This document shows positions 28,396 through 43,625 of a DNA stretch of 64,000 nt, one piece after another (position 1 is the stretch's first letter; the number at the start of each line of letters is the position of its first letter). The stretch spans positions 343,657 to 407,656 of the forward strand of contig NW_005434593.1 of NCBI RefSeq assembly GCF_000315625.1, written 5' to 3'. The translations under genes and the position numbers were made by a program. Under the pieces are notes generated by a model. It saw only the letters and a list, made by a program, of their open reading frames with translations, had not been told where the DNA came from and searched no databases. This DNA is from Guillardia theta CCMP2712 (lineage: Eukaryota; Protista; Cryptophyta).

Positions 28396-30530
28396 TCAAA
28401 CTTCTTCCCTGATCCACTTGAGAAAAACATCGAGGCAATACTTCCCTACTGGGTGGATGCAGGGCCAGAAAACGAATATCAAGAGTGCAGTTATCAAGAC
28501 TATGATCACTTCACGAACTGCGTTCGCCCCTTGAGCTCCTTTGCCGGTGTAAGAGCAAGGGTAGTCGTTGCGGCATCCCATGGATATGCAGAGATTCAGC
28601 AGACCATCATTGTTGGAGTCCTTGACAGAGTAAGTCCACGGACCTGCGACCCCGATAGACTGGAAGCTGCGAGAGTAAAATTATTCATTGCTGAAAGACT
28701 TAGCCCCAGACGTTCGCACCTGCACATGGTGTTGTAGATGTCCATGCAGTAGCTGCAGCATAAGGGAAAGATGTTGAGCTCGTTTATGAAGTCCACGGGT
28801 GGGTTGGTCGAGTTGGCGCAATCGCTGTCTTGTTGGCACTGAGAAATCAACCTATGACCCATGTCAAACAGATGTATCAAACAGCTGTTGGCGCCGTTGT
28901 GCTTCAAGTCGCAGCGGCTTTCTGACCTTCTAGTGCAACAATCTCTGTGAGCATATTCTTCAATTTGTGAGGTATGGTTGATGAATGTCTGCAGGGCAGG
29001 ACATCTTGAATCGCTTGCAAGGTTCTGAAATGATCGCCAGAATGTGACTCATAAGGGACTTCAAGGGGAACAAGATTGCCTGCAAAGCGAGCGAACAGCA
29101 ACATATGTCCGAGCATTCCGGCTCTTGGAAAAGGTTTTGACAGTCACAGCGACTTCGGACGGCGGTGTCAGAACGTATGTAGCCTTCCTGTCTTGATGAT
29201 CAGACTTTCAACAGGTGCTGACTCCAAACATCTCACACAGCAATCAGGCAGAAGAGCTCGTCTTTGCCTCAGCGAATAGGAAAAACCATAACGCCCGGAA
29301 ACTTCCCCGCAATGCGACTCAAAGGGGCTGCACGTCGTGAGGAAGAGAGACGGAGGGAGAGCACGAGACCTGGTGTCAAGATACTCGAAGCATTTCTTGT
29401 ACGTCAGTTCCTCGGTCGATACGACAAAATCCCAGGAGTAAGCACCAGCCTGAGTCTTCTTCCCGGCACAAACACTCCCGAAGTACTTGGCGCTGACCCC
29501 TGAAACGAAGGATCAAAGTCAGGACAGTGAGAGTCAAAGCCTTCCTGACGAGGTCGTGCAGAAACCCTTCTGCAGACGGAAAGTCTCACTTCACTGCTAC
29601 ACAGCAGCAGGCAAAGGAACCTGAATAATGCCTCCAACGTACAGACAGCCCGGAGAGGAGGAGTCTTGCGCGGTCAGGTAGTTCCGCAAAGTCGGAGGAG
29701 GCACACCAAAGGTCCAAGAGCTAATCTGATGTTGATAGAACGAGTCCCCTCCTTGCTTGATAGACACGTTGACACCACTCGTATTGCCGATCTGATACTT
29801 GCTCACATAATACGAGCCCTATCACAACAGCTCTGATTCAGCAGACACCAACCCACACTCGCATCACCGGACACTCGGTCGAGACTTGGCTGTAGATGCC
29901 GTACAGATCAATCTTGCTGGAAGCTGCGTTGCATCTGACATCACATTCACAAACCACGTCAACTCGATCAAGATTCAAAACAAAAGCGAATGAACGCACA
30001 GATCTGAGCTACAGCAAGCGTAGTTGTAAACTCCCATGGAGTCTTCTTTCTGGCCTCTGCCATGTGATTGCGTTAGCGCTGACGTCAATCTTAATTGCAT
30101 GAGACACCGAGCTTGATAGCACTGATCTGACGACACACACCCAAGGCTGATGGATCCATCTGAGTACATCTTTGCAATGCATGAAGATGTAGCGGCACAG
30201 GTCGACATCGAAGTTGACGACACTGTATAAGTGCTTCCAGTCTTGGTGACTTGTTGTACGTAACACTTCAAACATGCTGCTGGCAAGACTGTACAAAGGC
30301 ACTTGTTAGGTACCCGAGCATGAGATTACAGCGAGATTCAGTGACAGCATCCAATTGAAGAAGGCAAAGAAGACTCAATGAAAGTTGCGGAGGTTGAATC
30401 AAGGAAGGCAGGGCAAGGCGTGAACGAGAGATGGAGGAGGAGAGGAGATGTAAGAGACACGGAGGAAGAGACGAGGGTGAAAGAATCTCTTACTGGTGAG
30501 GAGGAGGAGGAGGAGATTTAGGCGCAGCAT
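28396..30530 (-). CDS. Secreted/type I membrane Cys-rich protein with N-terminal three-finger (Ly6/uPAR/toxin-like) domain
   Basis: Signal MLRLNLLLLLLTILPAAC, then LKCY...TCAATSSCIAKMY...LGCVSSDQC...YACCSSDLCN (8 Cys), further Cys-rich exons, and a C-terminal hydrophobic helix VIIVLITALLIFVFWPCI. Middle exons only partly resolved. Confidence 0.75.
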
Positions 30531-30710
30531 GGCTCCTCAGTCCACACCGACGAAATTATGAATTTTCACTATTCAGCTTTGAAATTTATTCATAATTATA
30601 TCGAATTAGAATATAACATCAATTGTAGTTCTGCATAACGTTTATAAGAATTTCAGAACTATGCACAATAAAGAGTTGCTACCGTTCTCTGCGAAAGATG
30701 ATGAGAAATC

Positions 30711-30908
30711 TCCTCCTCCTCCTCCTCCTCCTCCTCCTCCTCCTCCTCCTCCTCCTCCTCCTCCTCCTCCTCCTCCTCCTCCACCACCACCACCACCACC
30801 ATACCACAATTCCTCCCCTCTTGCTCTTTCGCTCGCACCTGACTCTATCTGCTCTTTCGTGTGAAGCTCAAGAAAATTATGATGGTTGGAAAGCGATGTG
30901 AGGAAAAA

Positions 30909-30957
<49 letters not shown>
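30711..30957. repeat. (CCT)n(CCA)n and (GGCA)n microsatellites
   Basis: Direct tandem repeats at 30711-30800 and 30911-30957. Confidence 0.9.
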
Positions 30958-30958
<1 letters not shown>

Positions 30959-31304
30959 GGGAAACGAACGAAGCAGGCAGGCAAGGGCAAGGGCTGGGGG
31001 ATGAGAAGAAACCGAAGAGAATCAGAGAATGAAGGAATAATCGAGTCAGAAAGTGAGATGACTTCGAAAGGATGCAGAAAGACATGAAAGATGGGGAGGA
31101 GGGAGGTGAAGACTCAGTCACAGATAGTCGAGCCATGAGCGTCTTCAAGACTCTCCGACAGTCTATGGAGCCTCATTGTCCCGACCAGCTCTATGAAGCC
31201 TGTTAAACTAGCTCTTGCGCTGTGCATCGATCAGTCACATGCGTCCCAGTGAAGCTGACAGAGCGAAGGGGCTAGGAAGACTGTATTGCAGTGCTATAGC
31301 TGAT

Positions 31305-34262
<2,958 letters not shown>

Positions 34263-34795
34263 GCTTCCGGGATCCTTGCAGCCGTGATGCTGTCTGAGGC
34301 GGGTCCGAGTATGAGGGGGATGATCTTGGAAACGGGGATGAGGGGACGGTTGTAGGCGATAGTGATGGCGGAGCGGGAGAAGCGGGAGGGATCAGCGACG
34401 ATGGGTGAGAGGAGGAGGAGGAGAGCATGCACGAGACCCTCTCAGTCTTCTCCGTCCTCCTTGCTACCATATCTCCACCCTCTCTCGTCCCAGGCTGTAC
34501 CCCCGCTCTCCTGCTCCGTAGCCTCGCCTCCTTGTCACTATCGGTCGCTGTCACTGAGCGATGCCTGGTTGTCTGTATGCGTGACAGCGAATGTGTTCAC
34601 CAGCTCTCCTCGTCTCTTCTTTGTTCTTTGTCTTCTTAGTGAAAAATTCTTCTTCTCTTCGTACATTCACTTGCATATTGGACCGATCTTTGCATGATAT
34701 CCGTGAATCCCAGTTCATGAAAACCTCTGTAATCGTAGTGGTACATGTCCCTGATGTGAGGAGCGGATCTCTTGCTGGGTGCTGACGTGTCTCAG

Positions 34796-37006
34796 ATCTC
34801 ATCGGAAGTCTCATCCCGTATGCCATCTGCGCCCTCGCATCGGCCATAGCGACGGCATGGCTGATCGAGGTCGGGAGGTAGAGCATTCGTTCTGAGATAG
34901 CATAGTAGAGATTCAGTTGCGATGCAGGGGGAGGCGAGGAGACCTCCAAGAGTTCTCGAGGCTGTTCACGAAGACAAGGTCTTTGTGACGAGCATGGAAC
35001 CGCTCTGAACGCTCATCCCTGCCCTGCAGCGGATTCTCCGAGGCTGAGGACGCGGAGGCATTTCGAAAAGTGTCCACTGAAGAGGAAAGAGGAGGAGGAG
35101 GAGGAGGAGGAGGAGGAGGAGGAGGAGGAGGAGGAGGAGGAGGAGGAGGAGGAGGAGGAGGAAAGACCTGCAGGCTCATATTGCTACCAGGTTCGCAAGT
35201 ACTGGGATGAGCGACCCTGCAACTCTGGTTGGAAGTTTCCAGGCATCGAGTTCGGGTCCAAGGAGGTGAAAGAGAGGAGTAGCGTCGCTGGGATTGACCT
35301 GGATCGATTGATAGCACTGGGAAGAAGTGACGAGGAGGAAGTACTTTGTGGTAGAGGCTGCAGATTCCATCGCTTCCTCCTCTAATCTGATGTGCAGGAA
35401 TATCACATCCCCGTGTTCGCGGAGTTCGACAAGTGGAAGGGAAAGAGGGTGATGCAACCTGTTCTACTCGTGGACGACGAAGTGAGAATCATGAAAGGTG
35501 CTTGAGATTGGCGGAGGAATCTGCACGACAGCGACAAGGTGAGCATCGAACATGGGAGTGCAGGAGTGAAACGAAGTTGATGTCATGGTCTGTCAGTTTT
35601 GCGAAGGCTGGTGCCAAGATTACTGTTGTAGAGTTGTCGCCGAAGAGCATGTTTGTGCTGATATAGCAAGATAGGTTTGATTGCTGATGGAAGCAACAGG
35701 GAGTTATGTCAGAAACGCTTCAAGATCTTGGGGTTGGAGGACAGAGCAACATTCTATGTTGCCAACGCGGAGTCGCTGAGCTCCGTGGTTAGTGTAGAGA
35801 AAAGAGGGAGGAGGCGGAGGCGGAGGAAGCGAGGAAGAGGATGGGGCTGAGATTGGCTGCAGGTTCCTGTTGAGACCTATGACCTGGTTTGGTCGTTTGG
35901 AGTGATTCATCACAGTCCTAATCCTGAGAGAATCATCGACCAGGTTGGAGAGAAGAGGAGGAAAGACGAAGACTCTGACCTGTCTCGCTTCCATAGATCA
36001 AGCAGTACATGGGGAAAGAATCAAAGCTGAAGGTGAGGTTCAGAACATCTGAACTTGCAAACTTGCTGCAGCTTCCACTTGAAGAATGTGAGTTGACATG
36101 GCAGCTCATGGTCTACTCGAAGATCAGCTTCAAGTTGTTTTGGGTCTTGAACCACACAAGGCAGTGGAGCTTCGCAAAGATGGACGAGGTCCTGCTTCCT
36201 TCTCTCCTCTCCTCTCCTCTCCTCTCCTCTCCTCTCCTCTCCTCTCCTCACCTCACCTCACCTCTCCTCTCCTCTCCTCTCCTCTCCTCTCCTCTCCTCA
36301 CCTCTCCTCTCCTCTCCTCTCCTCTCCTCCTCCCCTCATCCTATCCTCTCCTCCCCTCTCTTCTCCTCCTCAATCCCCTGCTGCAGGTCGTCGCTCACTA
36401 CTCGGAGGCAAGGGAAGGCAGTCCGGTCACCTACACCTACTCCTACAGGGGTCTTGCGAAGCTCCTGCAGGACTTTGATGTGAGGAGGAGGAGGAGGAGG
36501 AGGAGGAGGAGGAGGGAGGGAGAGAGTAAGAAATCATGCGGCAGGTCCTGTACATGGGGAAAGCGCACATTTTTCCATATCAGATCGAGCCGTACAAGAG
36601 CGGCAAGTACGTCGTCGATCCTTTGTGGCAGGGAGTCTCGGTAGGCTCAAATCCTCACATCCCCCTTACACTACCCCCTGCTTCTCTTCCTCCTCCTCCT
36701 CCTGTTCCTCCTCGTCTTCCTCTTCCTCCTATCTCCTTCTCCTCCTATTCCACCACCACCATCTCCGCTTTGCTTCTCTCCTCGTCCTCGGTCATTCTCT
36801 CGTAGAAAGGAAGATGGGAGGAGCTCGAGGAGGAGCTGGGCTGGCACCTCCTGGCAGAGGCGAGGATGAGCGAAGGAGGAGAGAGGAAGGAGATCAGTAA
36901 GTTTGTGCTCAACTGGTCACGATCTGACGTCCTTGCCCCTCAAGTCTTCGAGTCTTCCGTCTCCTCCAGGTTCGAAGGGCTACGAGGCGTGCTCCCCAAG
37001 GAGTAG
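34796..37006 (+). CDS. Class I SAM-dependent methyltransferase with N-terminal TM anchor (5' end unresolved)
   Basis: Spliced: LIGSLIPYAICALASAIATAWLIE (TM)...VRKYWDERPCN...RKYFVEYHIPVFAEFDKWKGKR VLEIGGG...FAKAGAKITVVELS...YDLVWSFGVIHHSPNP...LGWHLL. Confidence 0.82.
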
Positions 37007-37072
37007 ATTTCTGCTCCTGCTCGCCTCAAGCATTCTTAACGCCCGACGCTCGAGTGCCGAGCTGCTCCCCAG

Positions 37073-40000
37073 CTAGGAGGAGCGGCAAGGGGAAGAAGCT
37101 TGAGCTAGCCTTAGAGACTCGGGCGACAAGGAAGGAAAGGAAGATGGAGGGAGGACATGGAGACAGGACGATCGCGAGGGAGCGAGGAGCAGGAGGAGAA
37201 GAGGAGTGGGGGGAGGGGAAGCATGTTTCTGCAGATAATTACTTTGTTGTATATCACATGCTTCTCAGCCTCTTGTGCTCTCGCTCATTCTACCTCACCG
37301 CTTGCTCGCATCGCGCGAAGGAAGCTTCCGCTGCGGTTGGCCAACGACCTTCTTGTCCTTCATCATCGATCTGCAGCGACAATCAGCACAGGCAACAACG
37401 AGGAGGAGGAGGAGGAGGACGAGGAGGAGGACGAGGAGGAGGAGGACGAGGAGGAGACCTGTCGGCAGCCGTCTCGCTCTTGGCCGACGTGGGGCGACGG
37501 GAGGAGGAGCGGACGCTGCTGGCCAGTGCGGAGAGGGAGAGGGCGGAGGAGTCAGACTCCTCCGAGGCCAGCGAGGACAAGGACTCCTCCGAGTTGCAGG
37601 CGGAGATCTGACCCGCTCCCTCTGCCGTGCAGGAGACATGGCGCATTGCCTGCTCGACAGGTCAGTGACTTCACTCACCTCCTCCTCCTCCTCCTCCTCC
37701 TCGCGAGCTCACCTTTCCCAGCTCGCAGGAGGAGACCATGCTGGCGAAGCGAAGGGTGCAGAGGGTCTCGTGGGAGGAGGTCTCGATGGGGGAGCAGTTG
37801 GCGATGAGGAGCGCCTTGCCGTCGCCGGAGAGGCAGGGCTGGAGGAGGAAGGTGAGCTTCGAGTTCCTGTAGGGCACGTGCGGCGACTTCTTGGAGAGGG
37901 CAACGAAGACGTCGGAGAGGGCGGAGAGCGACTTGTTGATCGCCTGCGTCTCCTTCAGCCTCTCCCCCGTCGCGTGCGACTTGGCCAGCCTCTCCGACCC
38001 CGCCAGGTCCACCAGGTGGAGGGTCCCGTGCAGGGCCTGCTGCTGGCCCCCGACTCCCGCCTTCCTGCCGGTGATGCGCATGGAGAAGACCGTGTGGCTC
38101 CTCGAGGATCGCTCGTTCATGTCCGTCTTGGCGATGCTCTTGTTCCTCTCCGCCTCCGCCATCATCTCCTCCACGTCCTCCATCGTCCTCACCCTCCTGT
38201 AGATCAGGTCCGACACGTCGTGCCGCCCGTTCTCTCCCAGCGTGATCGTGTACTTCTTCCCCTCCCGCTCCTCCTCCGCACACAGCAGGTCCCTGACGTG
38301 CTCCTGGTAGATCTCGAGGAACGACGCCTCCAGCTGGTACTCCCACCCGCTCTCTCGCATCCCCTCCACCCCTCCCAGGATCTGACCCATCGACCTGGGG
38401 ATGATGCCCTGGTCCTCCCTTGACCCGAACATCGTGTGCGTCTTCCCGGACCCGGTCTGGCCGTAGGCGAACAGCGACACGTTGTACCCGTCCAGCGCGC
38501 TCTGCACAAACTGAGAGACTTCGGAGAAGACGTCCTCTTGCGAGCTCATGGCGGGGAACACCCGGTCGAACCGGAAGCCGTTGGACTGGCCGTTGTGCGG
38601 CACCATCACCGTCCCCAGCTCCTCGTCCACTCCCACCACGCTCCTCTCCGAGCTCGGCCGGACCCTCGCAAACACTCGGATGTTCCCCTTCAGCTCCTGC
38701 AGCTCGTTGTGCAGCCGCCGCCGCAGCCCCTCGGCCTTGGCGAGCTTTTGCTTCAGGTCCAGCACCTGCTCCTTGAGCGACGTCACCAGCGCCTTCTGCG
38801 CGTCCGCGTCCTCCTCCGCCGCCTGCATGCGGCTCTGGGCACTGGCTCGCTCGCTCTCGAGGGTCATGAGCTTGCTCAGCTGGTCAGCGATCTTTGCGGG
38901 CGTGTTGCAGACGGTCTTGTACGTGCGGAACTCTGCCTCCAGCACTGCAAGCTTCTCCATGCTGTCCGCCTTCGCTCTCCCCAGCTCCTCCAGCTTGCTC
39001 GCCGACTCTGCCTGCTCCACCTTCGAGGTCTCGAGCTCCACCTGAGCCTTCTGGAGCTGAGACTGGAGCTCCTGTGCCTTCGCCTCCTGCTCTGAGAGAG
39101 AGGTCTTGAGCTTGTCCATGTCTCGCTTCATCTGAGTCCTCTCCTCCTTCAGCCTACACGGTGCTTGTCAGACTCTTCCCCCTCCCCCTCCCCCTCCCCC
39201 TCATCCCCCGAACGCTCACCTGCTGAGGTCCTCCAGGAGGGAGTCTCGCTCAGCTGCCAGCTCCTTCGCTCGGCCCACCTGCATGTCCTGAGCCTGCGCC
39301 ACCGTCTTCATCGCGTCTCGGATCTGCGCGTCCTTGTCGTCGAGCCGGGCCTGCATCTCCTTCAGCTGGGACAGGTTCAGGTCCCTCTCAGCTGTCAGCC
39401 TCGCCATCTCTGCCCTCGTCTCCTCTCTCTCCGCGCTCCTCTTGTCCAGCTCTGCCCTCCTGCCCTCCAGCTGCTGTTGGCAGAGCTCGATCTGCGCCCT
39501 GCTGCTTGCCAGCTGCTCTTCGTAGGACTGGATCCTGCTAGAGAGCGAGCTCTTCTCCTCTCTCGCCTTCTCCAGCGCCGCCTCCATCTCCGACATCTTC
39601 GCCTTCATGCCCTCCATGCTCGAGTCCCTGCTCTGGCAAGTCTCCTGCAGCCTGGACTCCAGCTCGGAGACCCTCCGCTCCCTCTCCTGCATCTCGAGCC
39701 TCATGTTCGAGAGCTTGTCCTTGCTCTCCTCGTTGACCTGCGAGATCTTCTCCTCCAGCTCGCTGCACTTTCTCTCGAGCTCGGCGGCCCTGGCCAGCAG
39801 CTGCTGCTTTTCCTCCACCATCCTCTCCTTCTCGTACTCTAGAGTCGCGATCCTCCTCTGGTTCTCCTCGTACGCCGCATCGCGGGTGGAGCAGCTCATG
39901 TGCACCTGGGACCGGAGGTCCTCGACCTCCTTGTCTCTCTGCTGGGCTCTCGCCTCCAACTTCTGCACCTCCGCCGTCCTGGACTCCAGCTGGGACTGGC

Positions 40001-42321
40001 AGACGGCCAGCAGGGCCTTCATGTCACCGATCTTCTCGTCCTGCGCCTCGAGGCGAACTTGCATGGTCCTCTTCTCTCCCACCTCCCTGTCGAGGTCCTT
40101 GGAGAGGTCGGAGATCTTGTAGTTGCTCGTCTCGCGCTCGTGCTGGAGGGAAGACTTGGCTGACTCCAGCTGGTTTCTCAGCTCATCGATCGCACTCGTC
40201 TTCTCGTCGATGGTGGAAGCGAGCTGCTTGCTGCTCTCCTGCAGGCCCTCCAACTCCTGCCGCAGCCTCGTTGACTGCTCCTGCAGCTGCGAGTTCTCGT
40301 CCTGCGGCAGATAGTCAGAGGAGCCAAGGACAGGTGTGCGGATGAAGGAGATGGAGGAGAGACGGATGGAAACTGAGATGCGAGGAGCAGGTGGTGGGTA
40401 GGATACAACAGGGAAGCAGCAGAGAGGAGGAGGAGGAGGAGGAGGAGGAGGACCTTTGAGGCTGAGAGCTCCTTGTTGGATGTCTGCAGCTGCTCCGAGA
40501 GCGTCTGGATCTTCTCATCCATCTCCTCGAGCTCTTCCTGCATCCTTGCCCTCTCCTCCTTCGCAGCCTCCAGCTCTCCCTCAGCAGCCTCCAAGGAGGA
40601 CCGAGCGGCGTCGAGTTGACCCTGCAGGTCCTCCCCTGCCAGCTTCAACGAGTCGCGCTCCTCCTGCAGCGTCCTGTTCGTCTCCTCTACCTCCTGCCAC
40701 TTGTGCAGTAGGGCCGACAGCTCTGCCTTGGTCTTGTGAAACTCAACGTCGTTGCTGGACGCCTCCGAGCGGTACTGAGCAAGCTCCTCCTCCAGCCTCT
40801 CCAACGTCTCCACCTTCTCCTTCAGCTGCTGCTGCAGCTGCTGGGATGATGAGGCATGCAAAGCCTCTGCCTCTGCCAGCTGAGACTGCAGCTCCTTCAC
40901 CAGCTCGGCCTTCTCAGCCAACGCTGCCGCCTGCTCGCAGACCTCCTCGTCCTTCCTCCGCAGGTCTGAGCTCAGCGCCTGGTTGAGGTGATCGAGCTCG
41001 GCCTGCAGGATCTCGACCCTCTGCTCTCTCTCCTCGAGCTTCTTCTGCAGGGCCGCCAGCTGCTGCGATGTCTGCTCATGGATGGTGACCACGTCGTTCT
41101 TCTCGCTCAGGGTGCTCTCAAGGGCCTCCAGTGCCTCTTTGTGCTCGAACTGCATCTGCTCGATCCTGACTTGCAGCCGCTGGATCTCCTCGTCCTTCTC
41201 CTCGCTCAGGCTCAAGAACCTCTCCGACTCCGTCCTGTTCTTCTCCGCCCAGTACTCTTGCAACTCCTCCATGTGGCTGCAGAGGAGGGGCAAGGATACC
41301 ATCATCTCATCGATGTCAGACGTCATGAACGACAGCCCGTTTCTGATCCGAGTGATCTGCAGGGTTGCAAGTAAGAGTCCTGATCCAAAACACAGGGGAC
41401 GAGGGGAAGGAGATAATGGAGGAGGAGGAGGAGGAGGAGGAGATAATGGAGGAGGAGGAGGAGGAGATAATGGAGGAGGAGGAGGAGGAGGAGGAGGAAA
41501 CACTTTGGGGCAAAGCACAAATACCTTAGCTACACTTTCTTTCTTCTCGTTGGCGAACATCTCTTGTTCTTCCGTGATCTGCCTGCACGCATCCTCCAAA
41601 CGGCTGGCAAGGTCATCTCTGTCCGCCACAAGCGTCTGAATGTCTGCCATCGCTCCTTCCTTGGCGACCCGGAGCTTCTCCTCTTGCGACCTTTCCTTCT
41701 TGAGCTGCGAGGTCAGGGAGGACACCTGGAGAGCCGTCAGACTGATCGCAAAGGATCGGAAGGAGCACCTGGTCTTTGTACGCCTTCTCTCTGATCGCAA
41801 ACTCATCGTCCACCTTGCACAAGCGCTCGACGACCTTGTTTCTCTTGGACAAGAGCTCCTGCGTTGCCTGCCTGAACTTCCTCAACATGGTCTTCTCGTA
41901 GGCTGCTTGCTTCGCCGGCTCGTTCTTCTTGAGACCCAGAGGCTGTGCAAGGAGACTTTCATAGTCTTCGCTGGGGCTGATGAGCTCTTGGTAACTGTGG
42001 CGATCTCAGAAAGCATTCAATACAACAAGGTACGGCTTACATAGAGTGATTCTTCACCACGTCTGCATCCTTTCCTCCCTTCACCCTGCAAGGAGAGAAA
42101 TACGGACCGTTCGTCCCTGCAGATCCTGCAGAGACTTCCTTGAGCCATCCTCGAGCACACATCACCTCGCTCATCATCTTCTTCAGCATCTGTGCGGCAG
42201 GCTTCGGGGCCCGCATGAGAGAAGGGGGCTGGTTCTCTTCTCCAGCTCTTGATCCTTCTCCTCCTCTCGTCTTCCCCTTCAAGCTCATCTCTGCTAGTCC
42301 ATGATTCGGACTGAGAGGCAT
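37073..42321 (-). CDS. Kinesin-14 (C-terminal motor, KIFC1/Kar3/Ncd-like) with very long coiled-coil stalk
   Basis: Neck RRRLHNELQELKGNIRVFARVRP, P-loop YGQTGSGKTHT, switch NERSSRSH, LVDLAGSER, HVPYRNSKLT. Preceded by the coiled-coil ORFs 39216-40253 and 40178-41806. Ends approximate. Confidence 0.93.
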
Positions 42322-42815
42322 CAGAGCTCCTCCTCCTCCTCCTGCTCCTCCGTCGCCTCGCATCCCGCTGCTCTGGCACTGGCTGCTGTCCTAGTTTTCA
42401 AATCTTTTCGTCCGTTGGCGTGTGGCAATAGGAAGGCGTGTAAAACTTAAAATACAGTGCACCACCCACCCCATCTCCCAGAATCTCCTGGGTGATACTA
42501 CCCTCGCCCACGGGAATCGGAAGCTCTTTTCAATAATTAGGGCCGTTTCCCGCCGGCTCCCAGATTCCAGATTCCAGATTTTTTCGTACAAATATAACTC
42601 AATTTCTTTTTTTCTTCTCCAAATATTTTGGAGAACTCAATTATAAATTATACAAAATTGATGCGATCCGACGCGGATCCGATCACCCGTGGCCCTGGCC
42701 GGCATCCGAGGATGATCCGGGCCGCAGGGGGCGGGGCCCGGCCGGGCGGGGGCGCCTCGCCGCTTGGCAGTTGACTAAAACTTTTGATTTTTGAAACGGT
42801 CAGACTGGTTTCCGA

Positions 42816-43625
42816 ATGCGAGGGCCAGCGGCGTTTGTCGTTGCCGTCGTGATGGCGACGGGAGCACGAGGAGGTGATGAGAGCTGAAGTGATGATAATG
42901 ATAAGACTCCTTGAACCTGCTCCTCATGCCTGACTGTGTTTGAGTGTTCTGTCTCTTGTCGCAAGGACTAGTTTAAGTTGTCTCTTTTTGTACCTGCTTG
43001 CCTCACTGCAGCTGTTCTGAGATGATCATGTCAAGCGCCATTACTTGTCAGCTCGTGTAAACTTGCTTCAGTTCACGGATTGAAGTGCTACCAGCCATCA
43101 AAGACTGTGGCTCTCCAAGACAAGATTAACCTTGATGCGCTAGCTGTACCGCCTTCTTGGCCGTCACTAGATACCTATCCCACAGGGTTGATAGAGCATG
43201 ATTGCAGTTCGCTGAAGGAAGAGCAGGATTGGGGCACAGGTGGCTTCTGTCTCAAGATTGTGATGCGCAACGCATCGATCCAGCGGGACGTTGCCACAGG
43301 TTCTTGCTATCGGTCGTTGCTGGTGGGTTACAGGTCGGATCAGATCGGTGGACTTTCTGACGCTGCTTGCAAGGTGTTGAGCGGAATTCAATGTGATTCC
43401 AACGGCAAGACCGGTCAGGCATATTCCATTCTCACCAATCAGACTTTCACTTACTACTGTTGCACCGGGAATATGTGAGACAGCAAGACTACACATGCTT
43501 CTTCTGACTCACTGATTGGAAGGTGCAACTCATCACCAAGACGTGCATTGGGTTCCTTCACGACTCTTGCAACATGTCTCCTTTCCTGCTTCTTGTTTGT
43601 ATCTAGAATGACTTCAATCTTATGA
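42816..43625 (+). CDS. Putative GPI-anchored three-finger/Ly6(quiver)-like protein
   Basis: Exons 42816-42873, 43072-43474 and 43523-43625 give MRGPAAFVVAVVMATGARGVHG|LKCY...C...FCLK...GSC...YYCCTGNMCN followed by SSPRRALGSFTTLATCLLSCFLFVSRMTSIL* (small residues then hydrophobic tail, GPI-signal-like). Confidence 0.78.

Noticed and set aside
34551-35457. Minus-strand ORFs between LysRS and the methyltransferase
   Set aside because: Antisense to plus-strand methyltransferase exons, which have proper splice signals.
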